DNA of 64,000 nucleotides from Eubacteriales bacterium (GCA_045658315.1 JAZOUV010000006.1:27094-91093), one strand, 5' to 3'. Positions 27,539-39,209 are shown, counted from the first letter of the stretch. Notes: generated by a model not told the origin, from the letters alone. A program made the numbers and translations.

Positions 27539-28828
27539 ATGGCAAGAAACGACGGCAAACCCAACAACCTTATACGTTGCTCTTTCTGCGGAAGAGACGA
27601 AAACTCCGTTGAGTTTCTTATTCCTTCTCCCATTGCAGAAGGGGCGTTTATATGCAACGACTGTATAGATGCCTGCGAAAGAATAATAGAAGATCATCGC
27701 AGTTACACCGAAAAAAGCGAAAAGCTTACTTTAAAGACCTTGCCAAAGCCCCAACAGATAAAAGATACTCTCGACGAGTATGTTATCGGTCAAGACGAGG
27801 CTAAAAAAGTACTTTCCGTTTCGGTTTACAACCATTACAAGAGAATACTCAGCAAAGAGAAAAAGAGCAAAGATTCAGTAGAGATTCAAAAAAGCAATGT
27901 GTTACTTCTCGGCCCTACCGGCGTAGGTAAGACCTTTCTTGCTCAGACACTTGCAAAGACTCTTAAGGTTCCCTTTGCCATCGCAGATGCTACCACTCTT
28001 ACAGAGGCAGGTTACGTAGGCGAGGATGTTGAAAACATCCTTCTCCGTCTTATCCAGGCGGCTGACTACGATATTGAGTTGGCAGAAAAAGGTATAATTT
28101 ATATTGACGAAATTGACAAGATTTCAAGAAGAAGCGAAAACCGTTCAATCACAAGAGATGTATCGGGTGAGGGTGTTCAGCAGGCGTTGCTGAAAATTCT
28201 TGAGGGTACTGTTTCAAATGTCCCCCCGCAGGGCGGCAGAAAGCATCCCAACCAAGAATTTATACAGATAAACACCGAAAATATTCTGTTTATCTGTGGC
28301 GGTGCATTTGACGGACTTACCGATATAATCGAAAAGCGTTCCGGTAGCCAGCTTATCGGCTTCGGCAGTAATATTCAAACTAAAGCGGAAAAGAAAAAGC
28401 ACAATATTTACAAAGACGTTGTTTCCCACGATATAGTAAAGTATGGACTTATCCCCGAGCTTGTAGGACGTCTTCCCGTTATCGTCGGTCTTGAAGAACT
28501 TGACAGCAATGCTTTGATCAGAATTCTGAAGGAGCCCAAAAACTCTCTCATAAAACAGTATGAAAAGCTGTTTGAGATGGATAAGGTTGAGTTAAAGTTT
28601 AACCAAGGTGCCCTGGAAAAGATAGCCGAATTAGCTATAGAAAGAAATATCGGAGCACGTGGATTGCGTTCCATTATTGAAAGCTTTATGACCGATATAA
28701 TGTTTGATGTCCCTTCAAGAAAAGATATTGAATCGGTTACCATTACAAAAAAAACCGTACAAAAGCTCGAGGAGCCGAAATATACTTTTAAAACAAAAGA
28801 GGGCAAACAACTCAAATTTGCAGAATAG
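27539..28828 (+). CDS. clpX: ATP-dependent Clp protease ATP-binding subunit ClpX
   Basis: Zinc-binding CSFCG...CNDC, Walker A GPTGVGKT, Walker [10 protein letters not shown], and a GARGLR sensor motif. Confidence 0.97.
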   Translation: MARNDGKPNNLIRCSFCGRDENSVEFLIPSPIAEGAFICNDCIDACERIIEDHRSYTEKSEKLTLKTLPKPQQIKDTLDEYVIGQDEAKKVLSVSVYNHYKRILSKEKKSKDSVEIQKSNVLLLGPTGVGKTFLAQTLAKTLKVPFAIADATTLTEAGYVGEDVENILLRLIQAADYDIELAEKGIIYIDEIDKISRRSENRSITRDVSGEGVQQALLKILEGTVSNVPPQGGRKHPNQEFIQINTENILFICGGAFDGLTDIIEKRSGSQLIGFGSNIQTKAEKKKHNIYKDVVSHDIVKYGLIPELVGRLPVIVGLEELDSNALIRILKEPKNSLIKQYEKLFEMDKVELKFNQGALEKIAELAIERNIGARGLRSIIESFMTDIMFDVPSRKDIESVTITKKTVQKLEEPKYTFKTKEGKQLKFAE

Positions 28829-28842
28829 TTTTTTAAAAAAAC

Positions 28843-28870
28843 TCCCCGCTTTATTGCGGGGATATTTTTT
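28843..28870 (+). terminator. rho-independent terminator of clpX
   Basis: TCCCCGC/GCGGGGA stem followed by TATTTTTT. Confidence 0.8.
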
Positions 28871-28910
28871 CAAGCAAAAAATTTCCACATATAAAAAAAA
28901 GGATAATGTT

Positions 28911-29825
28911 ATGAGCCTACCAATCAGAGAAAAAGTATTATTTATAGTTAATCCCTCATCGGGAAAAATGACAATAAAGAATAAGCTTTTCGAGGTTATA
29001 AAGCTGTTTTCCGATTCGGGCTTTGAGCCTACCGTTCTTATGACAACAAAATCGGGCGATGCAACGGCATACGCCGCAGAATACGGACCTTCCTTTGACC
29101 GCATAATTTCTTGCGGCGGAGACGGTACTCTTAACGAAATCGTTACAGGAATTATGTCTCTTCCCGAAGACAAACGCCCCCCCTTGGGCTTTATCCCGGC
29201 AGGAACGACCAACGACCTTGCCGAAACCTTAAGAATTCCGAAAACGCCTATCGCCGCGGCTTCTGCGATCATAAAAAACGCTGCTTCGCCAAACGACGTG
29301 GGCTGCTTTAACGGCAACAAATATTTCAACTACGTTGCTTCCTGCGGTGCTTTTACAAGCACATCATACTCAACACCGCAAAACTTAAAAAATTCATTGG
29401 GACATATGGCGTATATACTTGAGGGAATCAAGTCATTAAACGAAATTAAGCCTATATATATGAAGATAGAAAGTGACGAATTAATAACCTCCGGCGATTT
29501 TCTCTTCGCCGCTGTAACAAATTCACTTTCTGTAGGCGGTATCTACAAATTTGACCCCAAACGCGTTAATCTGAATGATGGAATTTTCGAAATAATGTTG
29601 GTACGCATGCCGAAAAACCCAACTGAGATAGTTGATATATTTTATAGACTTGCAAACCGCAATTACGATGAAAATCAGGTTGTTTTCTACCACTCCGCAC
29701 ACGTTACCATAACAACGGAAGAGCCAATAAAATGGACTGTTGACGGAGAATACGGAGGAAAATTGGATAAGGTAACAATCAAAAACCTTCCCGGTGCTAT
29801 AAAAATATTTAAGCCCGATAATTAA
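28911..29825 (+). CDS. diacylglycerol/lipid kinase family protein (YegS/DagK-like)
   Basis: NPSSGK and GGDGTLNE motifs. Start set to ATG 28911, after the clpX terminator. The ORF-track start at 28704 lies inside clpX. Confidence 0.85.
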   Translation: MSLPIREKVLFIVNPSSGKMTIKNKLFEVIKLFSDSGFEPTVLMTTKSGDATAYAAEYGPSFDRIISCGGDGTLNEIVTGIMSLPEDKRPPLGFIPAGTTNDLAETLRIPKTPIAAASAIIKNAASPNDVGCFNGNKYFNYVASCGAFTSTSYSTPQNLKNSLGHMAYILEGIKSLNEIKPIYMKIESDELITSGDFLFAAVTNSLSVGGIYKFDPKRVNLNDGIFEIMLVRMPKNPTEIVDIFYRLANRNYDENQVVFYHSAHVTITTEEPIKWTVDGEYGGKLDKVTIKNLPGAIKIFKPDN

Positions 29826-29938
29826 AACCTCCCCCCATAGCACCGCCCAACACACTGATATAAATAATTTCTAAAACTAATTTCCCCCAAAAAGCTGTGA
29901 TATAATAACATTATAACAGCCTCAATATAATACTTTTA

Positions 29939-29967
29939 TTGACAAACTTTCTTTTCTCTTATATAAT
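29939..29967 (+). promoter_or_regulatory. consensus sigmaA-type promoter
   Basis: TTGACA, 17-nt spacer, TATAAT (29962-29967). Confidence 0.7.
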
Positions 29968-30048
29968 AGATTTGGAAAAGAAAAGTTCATATACTTTTGA
30001 TTATCTATAGGATTGAATTTAATTTTTTACATAAAGAGAGGTAATATT

Positions 30049-30984
30049 ATGGAAAACTATTATACAAAACCTGCCCTTATTATTATGGCGGCAGGTATGG
30101 GAAGCCGTTTCGGCGGTTTGAAGCAAGTTACTCCTTTAGGCCCCTCCGGTGAGCTTATTATCGACTACTCAATTCACGATGCAATGGAAGCAGGGTTTGA
30201 AAGAATAGTATTTGTTATCAAACACGAAATTGAGGACGTTTTCAAAGAATTAATCGGAAACAGAATAGAAAAGATTGTTCAAACCGATTACGTTTTCCAG
30301 GAACTTAACGAGCTTCCCGACGGTTATTCTATCCCCGATGGCAGAGTTAAGCCCTACGGAACGGCACACGCAGTTTGGTGCTGCCGAGATATTATAAAAG
30401 GTCCCTTTATGGTAATTAATTCCGATGACTACTACGGAAAAGATTGCTTTAAGCTCATTTATGATTTTATCACAAAACCCATGCCGAATGACATAAAACA
30501 TCTCACAATGGCCGGTTACATTCTTGAAAATACACTTACCGAAAACGGTACGGTATCCAGAGGCGTTTGCAAGATAGACAATAATTTCAAAATACTTGAA
30601 ATTAACGAGCTTTCAAAGATAGCGATAAGAGATGGCAAACCTATGTTTACCGAAGACGACGGTCAGACTTGGACAGAGCTTGACAGAAAATCTTACGTTT
30701 CGATGAACTGTTGGGGTTATCCTGCAGGAATGTTCGACCTCTTTGACAGAGAGCTTCGCGTATTCCTTGAAACTACAATAAAAGAAGATCCGCTTAAGGG
30801 TGAATTTTATCTGCCTAAAATGGCTGATAAGATTACAAAAGAGGGTATTGCAGACATTACCGTTCTTCCCGTTTCGGATAAATGGTTCGGCGTAACCTAC
30901 GCTGAAGATAAGCCTAAAGTTATGGCCGCACTTAAAGACCTTGCAGATAAGGGTGTTTACGCACAGAACCTTTGGGATAAATAA
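30049..30984 (+). CDS. sugar-phosphate nucleotidyltransferase family protein
   Basis: The N-terminal IIMAAGMGSRFGG signature (GxGxRxxP-type loop) matches NTP_transferase enzymes. ATG 30049 follows AGAGAGG. Confidence 0.75.
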   Translation: MENYYTKPALIIMAAGMGSRFGGLKQVTPLGPSGELIIDYSIHDAMEAGFERIVFVIKHEIEDVFKELIGNRIEKIVQTDYVFQELNELPDGYSIPDGRVKPYGTAHAVWCCRDIIKGPFMVINSDDYYGKDCFKLIYDFITKPMPNDIKHLTMAGYILENTLTENGTVSRGVCKIDNNFKILEINELSKIAIRDGKPMFTEDDGQTWTELDRKSYVSMNCWGYPAGMFDLFDRELRVFLETTIKEDPLKGEFYLPKMADKITKEGIADITVLPVSDKWFGVTYAEDKPKVMAALKDLADKGVYAQNLWDK

Positions 30985-30995
30985 TTTTTCAAATT

Positions 30996-31029
30996 AAAGA
31001 AGATGCTTTTCACGGCATCTTCTTTTTTT
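30996..31029 (+). terminator. rho-independent terminator
   Basis: AAAGAAGATGC/GCATCTTCTTT stem followed by a T-run. Confidence 0.8.
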
Positions 31030-31079
31030 GCTCTATTCATATATATAATTATATTAATAATAAAAATTAATAAAATATG

Positions 31080-31108
31080 TTTACAAGACTGTAAAAAAGT
31101 GGTATAAT
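31080..31108 (+). promoter_or_regulatory. sigmaA-type promoter of gdpP-rplI-dnaB
   Basis: TTTACA, 17-nt spacer, TATAAT (31103-31108) with an extended -10 TG. Confidence 0.65.
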
Positions 31109-31182
31109 AAATCTAATTGTAGACTTAAGATGGGTAATTATATCCTAAGGTTGCAAAAAAATTTATAAAGGGAGAGGCTTCT

Positions 31183-33213
31183 ATGTTAAACAAACTGAAA
31201 GACAAACTGCACAACAAGACGTTTATCAAGCACACAGTTTCAATTTTTGTTGCCGTATTGTTTATTTTAGGCTTTTCCGTTACCGTATACTATAATCCCC
31301 AAAACGCTGTAAAAAAAGGCATCTTCTTTTCAGCCGCTTATATAATGTCTTTGGTACTTATAAATACCATTTGGAACATAGCAGAAAAAAGAATTGCTAC
31401 AAAAAGAGGTATCGAAATCGAGCCATTGCTCGGCAATATGACTCTTGAAGTTTTGCCAAAGCTATATATGCCCGTCATTATAAGCGATATGAACGGCAAG
31501 ATTATTTGGTACAACAAAGCATTTGTTGCAGCATCAGACTCAAAAAACAAATTTTTCGGCAAAAATATTGACCAGATCTGCATAAACACCTTAGACGATA
31601 TTATTCACGCCGAAAATACTGAAGAGGGTTTAGAAACAAGTGCCTTTAACCAATTCTATAAGGTTAAGGCTTATCCCGTAAAAACCGCAAGCAAAGAATA
31701 TTGCATCACAGTTTGGAACAATCGCAACGAACTTAATACCGCTTATAAAACCTTAAAAGACGAAAACACCATAGTTGCATTTATTATGATAGACAACCTG
31801 GACGAGCTGTTACAGCATATTCAAGACAAATACCGTGAGGTTTCAAACGAGGTTGCTACCATATTGAACGGCTGGGCAGAATCGGTCAACGGTATTCTCA
31901 AAGAGTTCCAGAGAGATAAATACCTTTTCCTCTTCAGCGAAAAGTATCTTGACGAATTTATTTCTTCCAAGTTTGCCATTCTCGATAAAATAAGGGATGT
32001 CAGAGTAGGAAGCGGAAGCCTTCCCGTTACTATATCAATAGGCATTGCCGCGGCAGGCGGTACTCTTGACGAAAAACAAAGAGATGCTCAAGCCGCCCTT
32101 GATATGGCACTTCAGCGAGGCGGCGACCAAGCCGTTATAAAAACCCAAGAAGATATGGACTTCTACGGCGGAAGAACACAAAGCGTACAAAAAAGAACCA
32201 AGGTTCGTTCAAGAGTTACCGCAAACGAACTAATTGCTTATATGGCGGAAAGCAGTAATGTTCTTATTATGGGACATATCAACCCCGACTTCGACTGCTT
32301 CGGTGCTTGTGTCGGTATAGCAAGAATGTCTGTGTTCTGCGGTACCCCCGTAAATATTATTGTTGATACCGAAGACAAAAATATTGCAAAATGCTTTGAA
32401 ATGCTGGAAGGTCTTGACGAGTATAAACATATGTTCGTCGGTGCTCACGAAGCACTTGACCTTATAAACCACGACACATTACTGTGTATATGCGACGTAA
32501 ACAACCAACGTCAGTTTGCCGCCCCCGAGGTTGCCGAAAACGTTGAAAGAACGGTTTATATTGACCACCACAGAAAGACTGCGGAATTTAAAATTAAACC
32601 TCTTATTGCATATATTGAGCCATCGGCATCATCTGCCTGCGAGCTTGTTGCGGAATTTCTTGAACAGACTCTTTCGGCAGGTATGTTACCTCATGAGGAA
32701 GCCAATCTGCTTCTTGCAGGTATTATGCTTGACACCAAAAACTTTGCAAAAAATACGGGAGTCAGAACCTTTAGTGCGGGCTTCTATCTGCAAAACGAAG
32801 GTGCAAATCAGAAAAAAATACAATACCTTTTCAAATCCGACCTTGAGGATCTTCGCCGCGAGGCAAAATTTGAAACCAATGTTAAAATATACCGCGGTAT
32901 ATTTGCAATTACCACAAACACCCTTAAAGAAAGCGGAACCTCCGATGCGGCTGACCGCATTGCAGCCGCAAAAGCCGCGGACAAGCTGCTTACCGTAGAC
33001 GGTATCGTAGCCTCCTTTGCCGTTTGCAAAATCGAAAACACCGTTCATATTTCTGCAAGATCAAACGGCAACGTCAATGTTCAGGTAATTGTTGAAAAGC
33101 TGGGGGGCGGCGGTCACTTTGATATGGCGGCAACTCAGTTAAAAGATATATCGGTCAATGAAGCTCTTTCCATGCTGAAGGATGCTATCGACAGTTATGT
33201 GGAAATTTCTTAA
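31183..33213 (+). CDS. gdpP: cyclic-di-AMP phosphodiesterase GdpP (YybT)
   Basis: Two N-terminal TM helices, a PAS-like region, a degenerate GGDEF region, a DHH domain (GHINPDFD) and DHHA1 (GGGGH). Conserved yybT-rplI-dnaB synteny. Confidence 0.85.
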   Translation: MLNKLKDKLHNKTFIKHTVSIFVAVLFILGFSVTVYYNPQNAVKKGIFFSAAYIMSLVLINTIWNIAEKRIATKRGIEIEPLLGNMTLEVLPKLYMPVIISDMNGKIIWYNKAFVAASDSKNKFFGKNIDQICINTLDDIIHAENTEEGLETSAFNQFYKVKAYPVKTASKEYCITVWNNRNELNTAYKTLKDENTIVAFIMIDNLDELLQHIQDKYREVSNEVATILNGWAESVNGILKEFQRDKYLFLFSEKYLDEFISSKFAILDKIRDVRVGSGSLPVTISIGIAAAGGTLDEKQRDAQAALDMALQRGGDQAVIKTQEDMDFYGGRTQSVQKRTKVRSRVTANELIAYMAESSNVLIMGHINPDFDCFGACVGIARMSVFCGTPVNIIVDTEDKNIAKCFEMLEGLDEYKHMFVGAHEALDLINHDTLLCICDVNNQRQFAAPEVAENVERTVYIDHHRKTAEFKIKPLIAYIEPSASSACELVAEFLEQTLSAGMLPHEEANLLLAGIMLDTKNFAKNTGVRTFSAGFYLQNEGANQKKIQYLFKSDLEDLRREAKFETNVKIYRGIFAITTNTLKESGTSDAADRIAAAKAADKLLTVDGIVASFAVCKIENTVHISARSNGNVNVQVIVEKLGGGGHFDMAATQLKDISVNEALSMLKDAIDSYVEIS

Positions 33214-33248
33214 AACTATACCTTAAATTCAGAAAGGATGACATATAG

Positions 33249-33698
33249 ATGAAAGTTATACTTACACAAGACGTAAAATCTCAAGGCAAGAAGGGTCAGC
33301 TTATTAACGTATCTGACGGCTACGCAAGAAACTTCCTGCTACCCAAGGGCTTAGCAGTAGAAGCAGATGCTGCTGCCATGAATGACCTCAAAAACAAGGA
33401 GGCATCAAGACTTCATAAAATCGAGCTCGAAAAAGCAGCCGCAAATGATATCGCAAAAAAACTCGAAACTATTACAGTTAAGCTTCAGGAAAAAGCAGGG
33501 GCTGACGGCAAACTTTACGGCTCGGTAACCAGCCTTGACATTGCAGAAGCTCTGGAAAAACAGCATCAAATCAAGGTTGATAAACGCAAAATACAGCTTT
33601 CCGACCCCCTCAAAACATTCGGCGTTCACACTGTAACAGTTAAGCTCTATACCGAGATCGTCGGCAAAATAAATGTTGTTATTTCGGATATAAAGTAA
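33249..33698 (+). CDS. rplI: 50S ribosomal protein L9
   Basis: MKVILTQDV...GYARNFLLPKGLA start; 149 aa. Confidence 0.95.
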   Translation: MKVILTQDVKSQGKKGQLINVSDGYARNFLLPKGLAVEADAAAMNDLKNKEASRLHKIELEKAAANDIAKKLETITVKLQEKAGADGKLYGSVTSLDIAEALEKQHQIKVDKRKIQLSDPLKTFGVHTVTVKLYTEIVGKINVVISDIK

Positions 33699-33699
33699 T

Positions 33700-35043
33700 A
33701 TGAATACAAAAGATATTTTTGAAAGAAAACTCCCCTTCTCACTTGAAGCGGAGCAATCGGTCATAGGATCGGTGCTGATTAATCCAGACTGTTTCGACGA
33801 AATTGCTCAACTTATTTCAAGCGAAGATTTCTATCTTCCCGAGCACGAGCAGATCTTCTATGCAATGAAGGGAATGTATGCATCCAGCAAGACCGTAGAC
33901 GTTGTTACTCTTGCCGACGAGCTTGTCAAAGAAGGTGTATACCAAGATACAGACTCCCTAAACAGCTATATCAGAACGATAATCCAAACCGTTCCTTCGG
34001 CAGCAAACGTGGTTGATTACGCTAAAATAGTTAAAGACAAGAGCGTTCTTCGTATGCTTATCGAGGCTTGCTCAACTATAACTGATAACGCATATTCAGA
34101 ACAAGACGAGGTCAAGCATATTCTTGACTCGGCAGAGCAAAAAATATTTGATATTGCCTCGGGCAATGAAACAAAAGGCTTTGCTCACATCAGAGACGTA
34201 TTGAAGCTTACTTTAGACAACTTAAATCTGCTCGCAACCAATCCTGATGCCGCCCACGGTACGCCCACAGGTTTTTCCGACCTCGACAACACGTTGGTAG
34301 GTATGGGAAAGGGCGAACTTATACTTGTCGGTGCTCGTCCGGGTATGGGAAAAACAAGTTTTGTCCTTAATATTGCATCTAACGTCGCAAAACAGACTAA
34401 AAAAACCGTATGTATATTCTCTTTGGAAATGTCAAACGAAGAGCTTGTTTCAAGAATGCTTTCGGGCGAGGGTATGGTCGACAGCTATAATATCCGTTCC
34501 GGCAAGCTCTCCCCGGAAGATTGGAAGAATCTTGCTCACGCGGCTTCCAACCTTGCTGAATGTGATATTCTTATTGATGACACCACCGGCATTACAGTTA
34601 CCGGCATGAAAGCAAAGCTCCGCCGTGTAAAGAACCTCGGACTTGTCGTTATTGACTATCTCCAGCTTATGCAGGGTGAACACCACAACGACAACCGTGT
34701 GCAGGAAGTCGGCGAAATTTCCCGTAATATGAAGATACTTGCAAAAGAATTACGTGTTCCGGTTATTTGCTGTGCACAGCTTTCCCGTGGCCCCGAGAGC
34801 AGAACCGACAAAAAGCCCATGCTTTCCGACCTTCGTGACTCGGGTGCCATCGAGCAGGATGCAGACGTTGTAATGTTCCTCTACAGAGAAGAATATTACG
34901 ACAAAAACAAGACAGAGCAAAGTGCGGCAAAAGTTATTGTTGCGAAAAACAGACACGGTGCAATAAGAGACGTTGAGATGGGATGGCTGCCCCAATTTAC
35001 CAAGTTTATTACCCTCGACAAAACGCAGGAACAACCTAACTGA
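33700..35043 (+). CDS. dnaB: replicative DNA helicase
   Basis: PFSLEAEQSVIGS start, Walker A GARPGMGKTSF, SLEMS, and DYLQLM. Confidence 0.95.
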   Translation: MNTKDIFERKLPFSLEAEQSVIGSVLINPDCFDEIAQLISSEDFYLPEHEQIFYAMKGMYASSKTVDVVTLADELVKEGVYQDTDSLNSYIRTIIQTVPSAANVVDYAKIVKDKSVLRMLIEACSTITDNAYSEQDEVKHILDSAEQKIFDIASGNETKGFAHIRDVLKLTLDNLNLLATNPDAAHGTPTGFSDLDNTLVGMGKGELILVGARPGMGKTSFVLNIASNVAKQTKKTVCIFSLEMSNEELVSRMLSGEGMVDSYNIRSGKLSPEDWKNLAHAASNLAECDILIDDTTGITVTGMKAKLRRVKNLGLVVIDYLQLMQGEHHNDNRVQEVGEISRNMKILAKELRVPVICCAQLSRGPESRTDKKPMLSDLRDSGAIEQDADVVMFLYREEYYDKNKTEQSAAKVIVAKNRHGAIRDVEMGWLPQFTKFITLDKTQEQPN

Positions 35044-35091
35044 TTCTTTCTTTATAATGACCTCTTTAATACAGCCTACGGAGAAAATAAC

Positions 35092-36477
35092 ATGGCGTTA
35101 AACACAATCAAAGATAAGATTAAAAAAGCAATTAACAGTTTTTCTATGCTTGAAAAGGGCGACTCGGTACTTGTCGGCTTTTCAGGAGGAAAAGATTCTA
35201 TGGTCTTGCTTCATGCTCTTTGTTCTTTGTCAGACGAATATAATATATCCGTTACCGCACTCCATGTTAATCATAACATTCGCGGAGAAGAGGCAAAACG
35301 GGATATGATGTTTTGCAAAAGCTTTTGCGAAACAAACAGGATCGATCTTATTTTGACCGAAGTAGATGCCGTAGAATTTTCCCAAGACAACAAGATCGGG
35401 CTGGAAGAAGGTGCAAGAATACTCAGATACCAAGCATTTGACAAAGCCTGTATTCAAAAAAACATAAAAAAGATTGCTACCGCACATACTGCTTCCGATA
35501 ATCTGGAAACGGTGCTTTTTAACCTTGTCAGAGGCAGTGCTGCGTCGGGAATGAAGGGTATTCCCCCTGTAAGAAACAATATTATCAGACCTCTTATATA
35601 CTGCACCACCAAAGAGATTATTGACTACGCAGAGCATTATAATTTAAAATTTGTTACCGACAGCACCAATGCCAATACCGATTATACGAGAAACCGTATA
35701 AGACATAATATTGTACCCGAACTGCAAAGGCTTAATCCATCATTGGAAGATGCTGTTTCTAATATGTGTGATGCAATTCGCCTCGATTTAGACTATATTA
35801 CAAACAGCATAGATAAAGACAAAACTTATACGACCGAAGAATTATCAGACCTCCCCCACGCCTTACTTTCACGCATACTTATAAATATGTATGAAAAAAG
35901 TGAAGGCAACGGTGCTTTAGGCTCGGTACATCTATCAAAAATGACAGAGCTTATTAACAGCTACAAAAAAAGCGGTTGCCGAGAGATAAAAAAACTCTCG
36001 CTTCCCGATAAGATAGATTTTGTTATAACCCCAAACCGTGTTTATTTTGAAAAACAAACAAAGGAAATTTGTTTAGAGAGACGCGATTTGTGTTTTGGCT
36101 TAACAGAATTTACAGAGACGGGCGACGCATTGCTTATCACAGAAAATAAAAACGATATTGATGATGTAATATCGAAAAATATTTACAAAATATCAACACA
36201 GACTATAGTGAAAAAAAATGCCCTCAATGGTACAATAATAAGAGGACGAAATTCGGGAGATGTTTTTGTTTTTTCAAACATGACAAAAAAAGTCAAAAAA
36301 ATGCTTAACGAAGCGAAAATCCCTCTTTTAAAAAGAAATAAATTGCCACTTATTTGCGACAAAAAAGGCATTATCTGGATTCCGGGCTTTCCTATTCGGG
36401 ACGATGCAAAGCCTTTAGCTACAGATTCGCAGGTATATATATACTATTTGACACAGGAGATACAATATGAGCAATAA
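35092..36477 (+). CDS. tilS: tRNA(Ile)-lysidine synthetase
   Basis: PP-loop SGGKDSMVL and conserved tilS-hpt-ftsH synteny. Confidence 0.9.
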   Translation: MALNTIKDKIKKAINSFSMLEKGDSVLVGFSGGKDSMVLLHALCSLSDEYNISVTALHVNHNIRGEEAKRDMMFCKSFCETNRIDLILTEVDAVEFSQDNKIGLEEGARILRYQAFDKACIQKNIKKIATAHTASDNLETVLFNLVRGSAASGMKGIPPVRNNIIRPLIYCTTKEIIDYAEHYNLKFVTDSTNANTDYTRNRIRHNIVPELQRLNPSLEDAVSNMCDAIRLDLDYITNSIDKDKTYTTEELSDLPHALLSRILINMYEKSEGNGALGSVHLSKMTELINSYKKSGCREIKKLSLPDKIDFVITPNRVYFEKQTKEICLERRDLCFGLTEFTETGDALLITENKNDIDDVISKNIYKISTQTIVKKNALNGTIIRGRNSGDVFVFSNMTKKVKKMLNEAKIPLLKRNKLPLICDKKGIIWIPGFPIRDDAKPLATDSQVYIYYLTQEIQYEQ

Positions 36478-37018
36478 AGACGTTGAATCTATACTTGTCA
36501 GCGAACAAGAGATACTTGAAATTGTTAAAAGAATTTCAGCCCAAATTACAGAAGACTATAAAGATAGAGACTCAAAGCTTCTTTTGTTGGGTATTTTGAA
36601 AGGCTCGGTTGTATTTATGGGCGACCTTATGAAGCATATTGCTTTGCCTCTGGAAATAGATTTTATGAAGGTGTCATCTTACGGCAGAGGCACAAAGACT
36701 ACGGGAAACGTTAATATAGTACTTGACATACACAGAAACGACCTATCCGACGTTGACATACTTATTGTAGAAGATATTATTGACAGCGGAAGAACGCTCT
36801 CTTACCTCTGCGAATATCTTACTTTAAAGGGGGCAAAAAGCGTAAAAACCGTTACGCTTCTTGACAAACCAAGCAGACGTGAGGTTGATTTTGTTCCCGA
36901 TTATACGGGAAAACAAATTCCCGACGAATTTGTTGTGGGATACGGACTTGACTATGACGAAAAGTACAGAGCACTGCCTTATGTCGGCATATTAAAACGT
37001 GAAGTTTATTCCAAATAA
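36467..37018 (+). CDS. hpt: hypoxanthine phosphoribosyltransferase
   Basis: PRPP-binding loop VEDIIDSGRTL; overlaps tilS by 11 nt. Confidence 0.93.
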   Translation: MSNKDVESILVSEQEILEIVKRISAQITEDYKDRDSKLLLLGILKGSVVFMGDLMKHIALPLEIDFMKVSSYGRGTKTTGNVNIVLDIHRNDLSDVDILIVEDIIDSGRTLSYLCEYLTLKGAKSVKTVTLLDKPSRREVDFVPDYTGKQIPDEFVVGYGLDYDEKYRALPYVGILKREVYSK

Positions 37019-37089
37019 TTTTATGCGAAATATTTGAATATACGGGCATAATATAAATATTAAAGAGTTAATTTTATCGGAGGAAAATA

Positions 37090-39171
37090 ATGAAGGGCTC
37101 ATTCAAAGTAATTATTTTTTATGTAGTTCTCATTTCCGTTCTCATTATCGCTATCACATCGATCTTGGGCAACGCAAATAACGATGACTACACCTACGGC
37201 GAGATCGTCGAACTGTTTAAACAAGAAAAAATCAAAGAATGTTACGTTGGCAACGACAATGTCCTGTATCTAGTGGATGTTGACGGCAAAAAAATAACTA
37301 AAGAAATACGTGAACTCAGCATATTCTACACAGACCTCAACGAGCTTATTCTTGAGCAAGCAGAAAAAGGCATAATCACAAAATATGACTATGAGCCTGT
37401 TCAAAAAACTCCTTGGTGGCTGTCATTCCTGCCTTATATAATTGTAATGGTTATATTTATACTCCTTTGGTTCTTCGTTATGAATCAAGCGACGGGCAGA
37501 GGCGGAAAAATCAATAATTTCGGCAAATCACGTGCAAAGCTCACTACCGATGATAAGAAAAAGGTGTTGTTTAAAGACGTAGCGGGTGCAGACGAAGAAA
37601 AGATGGAGCTTCAAGAAATAGTTACATTTCTTAAGGACCCCGCAAAATTCACCAAGCTCGGTGCTAAGATTCCCCACGGCGTACTCCTCGTAGGTCCTCC
37701 CGGAACAGGTAAAACACTTCTCGCGAAGGCAGTTGCCGGTGAAGCTGACGTTCCTTTCTATTCAATAAGCGGTTCAGACTTTGTTGAAATGTACGTAGGT
37801 GTCGGTGCATCGCGTGTACGTGATTTATTTGACACAGCAAAGAAACATTCTGCAAGTATTATTTTTATAGATGAAATAGATGCTGTGGGCAGACACAGAG
37901 GTGCCGGTCTCGGCGGCGGACATGACGAGCGTGAACAAACACTTAACCAATTGCTCGTTGAAATGGACGGCTTCGGCAGTAATGACGGCATTATAGTTAT
38001 GGCGGCTACAAACAGACCCGACATTCTCGACCCCGCTTTGCTCCGTCCCGGAAGATTTGACAGACAGATTACCGTTAACTATCCTGATATTAAGGGTAGA
38101 GAAGAAATTCTTATGGTACACTCTCGCAACAAGCCGTTTGAAAAAGACGTTGACCTCAAGAAAATAGCTCAGACGACCGTAGGCTTTACGGGTGCTGACC
38201 TTGCTAACCTTCTTAACGAAGCAGCACTTCTTGCCGCAAGAAAAAATAAGGCACTCATTGGTATGGAAGATATCGAAGAAGCTACCATAAAGATAATAGT
38301 GGGTACACAGAAGAAGTCTATGAAGATTAAGGAATCCGAAAAGCTTAAGACTGCGTATCACGAGGCAGGTCATGCTATTATAGCACATATTCTTCCCAGC
38401 CTTGACCCCGTAAGACAAATTTCAATTATACCGAGCGGCGGTGCTTTGGGTTACACCTTGAATCCCCCCGTTGAAGATAAATATTCTGTCTACAAAAACG
38501 GAATCAAGGAAGAAATCGCTATGCTTCTCGGCGGAAGAGCTGCTGAAAAGATTATATTTGACGATATTTCGGGCGGTGCAAGTAACGATATTCAGAGAGC
38601 GACAAATCTTGCAAGAAGAATGGTTACCAAGCTCGGCATGAGCGACGAGCTCGGTCCCATAGTTTACGGTAACTCTCAAGAAAACGATGAAGTATTCCTC
38701 GGAAGAAGCTACAATCAGTCGAGAAATTACTCCGAAGAAACTGCATCCAAAATCGATACCGAGGTTAAGCATATCGTATTTGAAGCATACGAAAGAGCAC
38801 AGCAGATTCTTCGCGATAATATTGATAAAATGCATTTCATTGCAAAATATCTTGTTAAGCACGAGCTAATGGACGATAAACAGTTTGAAGCTGTTATGAA
38901 CGGTAATCCGACCGAGGAAGAGCTCGAAAAGATTGCTGAAGAACGCCAAAACAAGAGCCGTGTTGAAAACGATAACCAGAAAAAGGTAAACGAAGAAAAC
39001 GAAAAGAAGGCTTTTGAAGAAATGCAAAGGGCGGAAAAAGAAAAGATGATGGCAGAATACAGCGAAAATTCCGATTCCGGCATTGACGCCTTTGCCAAAA
39101 TTACTCGCGACGAAACGGAAGACAACAACGAAAAAAACGACAGTACAGAAGAAGAAAAAAACGATAAATAA
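37090..39171 (+). CDS. ftsH: ATP-dependent zinc metalloprotease FtsH with an acidic C-terminal tail
   Basis: Two TM helices, Walker A GPPGTGKT, Walker [10 protein letters not shown], the second region of homology, and the HEAGHA zinc motif. Confidence 0.97.
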   Translation: MKGSFKVIIFYVVLISVLIIAITSILGNANNDDYTYGEIVELFKQEKIKECYVGNDNVLYLVDVDGKKITKEIRELSIFYTDLNELILEQAEKGIITKYDYEPVQKTPWWLSFLPYIIVMVIFILLWFFVMNQATGRGGKINNFGKSRAKLTTDDKKKVLFKDVAGADEEKMELQEIVTFLKDPAKFTKLGAKIPHGVLLVGPPGTGKTLLAKAVAGEADVPFYSISGSDFVEMYVGVGASRVRDLFDTAKKHSASIIFIDEIDAVGRHRGAGLGGGHDEREQTLNQLLVEMDGFGSNDGIIVMAATNRPDILDPALLRPGRFDRQITVNYPDIKGREEILMVHSRNKPFEKDVDLKKIAQTTVGFTGADLANLLNEAALLAARKNKALIGMEDIEEATIKIIVGTQKKSMKIKESEKLKTAYHEAGHAIIAHILPSLDPVRQISIIPSGGALGYTLNPPVEDKYSVYKNGIKEEIAMLLGGRAAEKIIFDDISGGASNDIQRATNLARRMVTKLGMSDELGPIVYGNSQENDEVFLGRSYNQSRNYSEETASKIDTEVKHIVFEAYERAQQILRDNIDKMHFIAKYLVKHELMDDKQFEAVMNGNPTEEELEKIAEERQNKSRVENDNQKKVNEENEKKAFEEMQRAEKEKMMAEYSENSDSGIDAFAKITRDETEDNNEKNDSTEEEKNDK

Positions 39172-39176
39172 CAAAA

Positions 39177-39209
39177 TTAAGGGCTGTTCAAAAAAAGTTC
39201 AGCCCTTAA
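39177..39209 (+). terminator. probable terminator of ftsH
   Basis: TTAAGGGCTG/CAGCCCTTAA stem with a weak U-tract. Confidence 0.5.

Noticed and set aside
28704-28910. N-terminal extension of the lipid-kinase ORF; likewise the extensions at 42130 (rsmG), 43063 (noc-like), 21051 (rnhB), 25355 (tig), 30013, 6150 and 1345
   Set aside because: The extended starts overlap the preceding genes or terminators and lack an RBS. The internal ATGs with Shine-Dalgarno sequences give family-typical N-termini.
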